In this document: in pieces, positions 59,900-64,000 of the stretch | How the letters are laid out: the number at the start of each line of letters is the position of its first letter | How positions within the stretch are numbered: position 1 is the stretch's first letter | Assembly (NCBI GenBank): GCA_964016885.1 | Contig: OZ024743.1 | Span: forward strand, 54,622,001-54,686,000 | Source of the DNA: Eledone cirrhosa | Lineage: Eukaryota | Direction: 5' to 3' | Length of the DNA: 64,000 nucleotides | The notes under the pieces: generated by a model | Database searches by the model: none | What the model saw: the letters and a program-made list of their open reading frames with translations, nothing else | Told to the model about the DNA's origin: nothing | Translations under genes and position numbers: made by a program

Positions 59900-60204
59900 A
59901 GTGTAACGTGAAGTTACTGTAGGTTCATTCTGTCATTACAATAGCAGAGATCCGACGAGCTTTTGATTCCAGAGTCTGAACAGATCGAACCAAGAGCTGA
60001 TCAATAGCGAAACATACGTCACCAATCAATAAACATGATGAAGGCAGCATAACAAATCCTCCTTGTATTATATATATATATATCATGTAGTTGAATTTTG
60101 TATTACATATCCATCTAAATTATAAGAAAGGATGGTCTGCGGGACTCAGTGCGGTTTATTTTTTTTTGTTATCCCGTTTGTAAAATAAGTTGGATAACTT
60201 TGAA

Positions 60205-60598
60205 TAAATAATTGTTTCTACTTTTGGCACAAGGCCACCAATCACCCAGTACATTACTGGTACTTTATTTTATCGACACCGTAAGGATGAAAGGCAAAGT
60301 TAACCTCGGCGGGATTTGAACTCAGAATGGCAAGGGCCGTAACTCTATGTGTCAAATCATGGCGTACGACCCTCTACAGATACTGCCAATCAACCACCCT
60401 TTGAATAAATAATTGTTTCTACTTTAGGCACAAGGCCAGCAATTAGCCAGTGCATTACTGGTACTTTATTTTATCGACCCCGTAAGGATGAAAGGCAAAG
60501 TCAACCTCGGCGGGATTTGAACTCAGATCGTAAAGGGACGTAACTATGCTGGAAAGCATGGCGTCCGACCCTCTACCGATACTGCCAATCCAACGCCC
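60205..60598 (-). mobile_element. Tandem pair of tRNA-derived SINEs
   Basis: 60205-60398 and 60408-60598, each a full reverse-complement copy of the 7761 family. Confidence 0.9.
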
Positions 60599-61344
60599 TC
60601 GAATAAATAATGAATGAATATTATATAATTTATCTACTCAATTTCGTAAACAAAAATAATTTCGTAAAAATAAATAATTTCAAATTGACTTCTTTTCAAA
60701 GTTGCACTTCCGGTATATCGTCGCTACTTCAACTACCATATATATATATATATAGAAAAAGACACTTTGTGATAAGAGAGATAGAGAGATTATGACTTTC
60801 TTGGGATCCTGTTGGAACAGTTAGAGATGTTTGCTTCTGACAGACTCGCTGGAAGGAGTGTTTGTGAAGGACTCTGTCCGCCACAACCCTCTCAGAAATA
60901 AGTGGGCCAAGAAGATATTGTCAATTTACTTTTCAATTTACATATATCTATATGCATATATATTTGTGTATAATACCAATATGCACACTACATATATCTA
61001 TATGCATATATATTTGTGTATAATACCAATATGCACACTACATATGCTAGCAGAAAACCGCCCTGTGGCGATTTTCTGCTAGTGTAGATAAAGCATTCAA
61101 TTACTTCAACAATATATTATCTGAAAATACGTGTTTCACAAACAGAATCGAAGACTCTCCCAGCTTATCAGGTGATTGTTTCAGTTGTTTGAATGAGACC
61201 ATGCTGGAGTTACATCCAGTGATTAAGTTCATCAGCTGGTTGTTGTCATACAAAATTCTTCGTTTCAAATCAATTGTAACACACACACATACTTATATAT
61301 ATATGTACATTATACACATATACTTAGGCATATATATATATATC

Positions 61345-61376
<32 letters not shown>

Positions 61377-61596
61377 TTAGGCATATATTTATATATATAT
61401 ATATATGGATGTATATTAGAGCAAACATCACGGACGCTCTATCTCAAAATTATTTTTGAAAAGCATTAGATATGCGCAACCGGTAAAACTTAAAACCAAA
61501 ACTGAATACTAACCAATACTATTACTAATTTTTACTTATTCCTAATTAAACTATTTTTCACTGGGAACAATTTGTCACCATTTTCTTTTCCTTTTA

Positions 61597-61630
<34 letters not shown>

Positions 61631-61633
<3 letters not shown>

Positions 61634-61770
61634 GTTCCCACACACTTCTCACCTGAGGAAGGGCTTATGCCCGAAACGTCGTTCCCCACCACCACCCCAC
61701 TCTCCAGAGCGTGAAATTAATAAACATTCGTTGTACTGCCTCTCTGTTTTGTTCCTGTTCAAATTTTTCC

Positions 61771-61772
<2 letters not shown>
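61631..61772 (+). mobile_element. 3' end of Neptune-like PLE with HHR (61651-61682)
   Basis: acCTGAGGAaGGGCttatGCCCGAAACGTCg plus aataaa tail, in (TA)n. Confidence 0.85.
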
Positions 61773-61826
<54 letters not shown>

Positions 61827-61830
61827 CATA

Positions 61831-61875
<45 letters not shown>

Positions 61876-62401
61876 TGTATACATATATATCAAAATGAAG
61901 CAACGGAGTCAGAAACTCACGTTATATATGTGGCCGGGGGGGGGGGCGTGTGCGTGTCTGTGTGTGTATGCAAGTATGTATATAATTATGTTGGAATGTA
62001 TTTATGGATGTATGTATACGTAATATATACATTTGCATTATACGCCTGTCAGTGTATGCAAAATGTCGGTATATATCGGTGATAATTCTGTTTCTATGAA
62101 AACCAGACGGAAGAGCTGTATGAGAGTTTAAGATTAATAGATCTAAATTTGGGTATTACATCTGTCTATATGGAAACATATGCACATTAAAATTTATGAG
62201 TGTACAAATATTTGCATAATTACACACACGCATACACATAAATACGCACATACACACATGCATGCATACATGCATGTACCTGACGTATGTTTGTGCGTAT
62301 GTGAGTATTTATGTATGTATACATTCATTGTGATATGAATACAAATCCATATATATATATAGATAAATTCATACATATATATACATACACATTTATATAA
62401 A

Positions 62402-62454
<53 letters not shown>

Positions 62455-62485
62455 TATATATACATACATTCATATATATATATAT

Positions 62486-62531
<46 letters not shown>

Positions 62532-62564
62532 AAACATATATATACACATATAATATATAAATAC

Positions 62565-62639
<75 letters not shown>

Positions 62640-64000
62640 AATGTCGCTGTCAAGCTTTCAATATCCAAAAGTATATTTTGCTGCCGTATATTATATTGAG
62701 TACAATATTATGTTTGACTTGGGCGAATTTGAATGAGAATATTTCCTACGGCTGCTAGTAGTGTGATATTAAGGAATGATTCATTGAGAAGTCCTGCACC
62801 AGCATCAAGCTGTCAAGTTCTCACATTTACATTCAACAACTGAAACCCATAAATCAACAACTTCATCACCATCGTACATTACTTGGTCAATCGGAAAGAT
62901 ATTATTCATCTGCTAACATAACTCAAACAACTTTCCTTGTTTCTCTTACATTCTATATAAACCCCCTCCACATGTTTTAGAGATGGCGGCTAGCTCACAT
63001 CGTCTATTTCGCTGGCTTAATATTTCCATTATTTGTCTGTAAACTTGCAGTCCTGTATGGAGTTGAAGATATATGTATAATAGTGTAGAAAAGAAATATG
63101 GACGATATCAGATTGTAATTTGGTTCAAAATCAGACGGTAAATCTAAAGAATAGAACGAAAAGTAACGGATCGTAAGGTGAATAATTCATACGCATTAAA
63201 ACTGGGTTTATTTCACTTAATAATCCTTCACAGAGACATATAGCTTTTCTATTTATATGGTTATATAGGTGTGGGTTTTTGGAAATGTAGCGTAAGTGAT
63301 ATACACGTGGATATGTTGGACTTTCGTCGCTGCCAATGACGCATGTTCCATTTGTTTGAACTCGGGAATAGTCGACTTGTGAAATTAACGTGCAATTGAC
63401 TATGAATTCAACAGACACGCATAACTTTCATGAAATTCTCAGGGAGATACAACAAACAGATTGTGTGACAAAAATGGAACTTTCAATAGCATGTACAACT
63501 CATTTTCGCCTGTCGAGAGGCTTGGAGCTACGTGAAATATAGTTTCTAACGCAAGGACACAACGTGCAGCTGGGAATTGAACTCACGATATTACGATTGT
63601 GAATCATACACTTAATTATTTTATCAAAACTTATACTTACTCATTGTATACGATAATATAGGTGTAGGTCTCTTTATGTGTAAAAGATATGTGCGCGCGC
63701 GCGAGAGTGTGGTGAACCCCAATTGTTTCCATCGATGAATATTCCAGTTGCTGAAAGTGATTTACATTCCACAATGTAACATTTCATATTGGAGTAAATA
63801 TAAGACAAATAAAATAACATGGTACATTTCCTTTCTTTTAAAAAGGGGGCGTTAACGACGAAATATCATTAAATATGAGGTGAAATTGTAAACTATTGCT
63901 TTGTCTTTCTTCCTTTTCTCTGGTTTTACCTTTTGCATTTCTCAGTTGCACTGTAACGGATCCCCAAAGGAATCATAACCACATATATCACAATGCTTCA

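Noticed and set aside
61049-61082. Hairpin ctagcagaaaaccgcc/ggcgattttctgctag after a ~50-bp tandem duplication
   Set aside because: Probably a Helitron-type end or small inversion; not enough context to call

Overview
Repeat-saturated, AT-rich eukaryotic DNA. It is probably from a coleoid cephalopod (octopus-like); this is an inference from the tRNA- and CORE-type SINE families and the dense (TA)n/(CA)n/(GA)n microsatellites. Most ORFs in the supplied track are microsatellite artefacts. The window is dominated by 5'-truncated Penelope-like retroelements (PLEs): eight GIY-YIG endonuclease remnants (most from different families) plus many short, partly inverted terminal fragments inserted into (TA)n tracts. 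Their termini carry a varied set of hammerhead-ribozyme (HHR) motifs, folded by eye: canonical minimal type I, U3-A8 covariant cores, forms with 50-110 nt stem II inserts, an A4 variant, and a type II-like fold inside 243-bp direct repeats. One family's 3' tail encodes the element's own N-terminus and shows mainly synonymous divergence. Also present are a deleted mariner, mariner-derived MITEs, CR1/L2-group and RTE LINE remnants, a Helitron-like repeat, many SINEs, a 36-bp minisatellite, and three phase-compatible candidate exons of an unidentified minus-strand host gene (20.3-25.3 kb). No intact autonomous element or complete gene was seen. Element boundaries are approximate.
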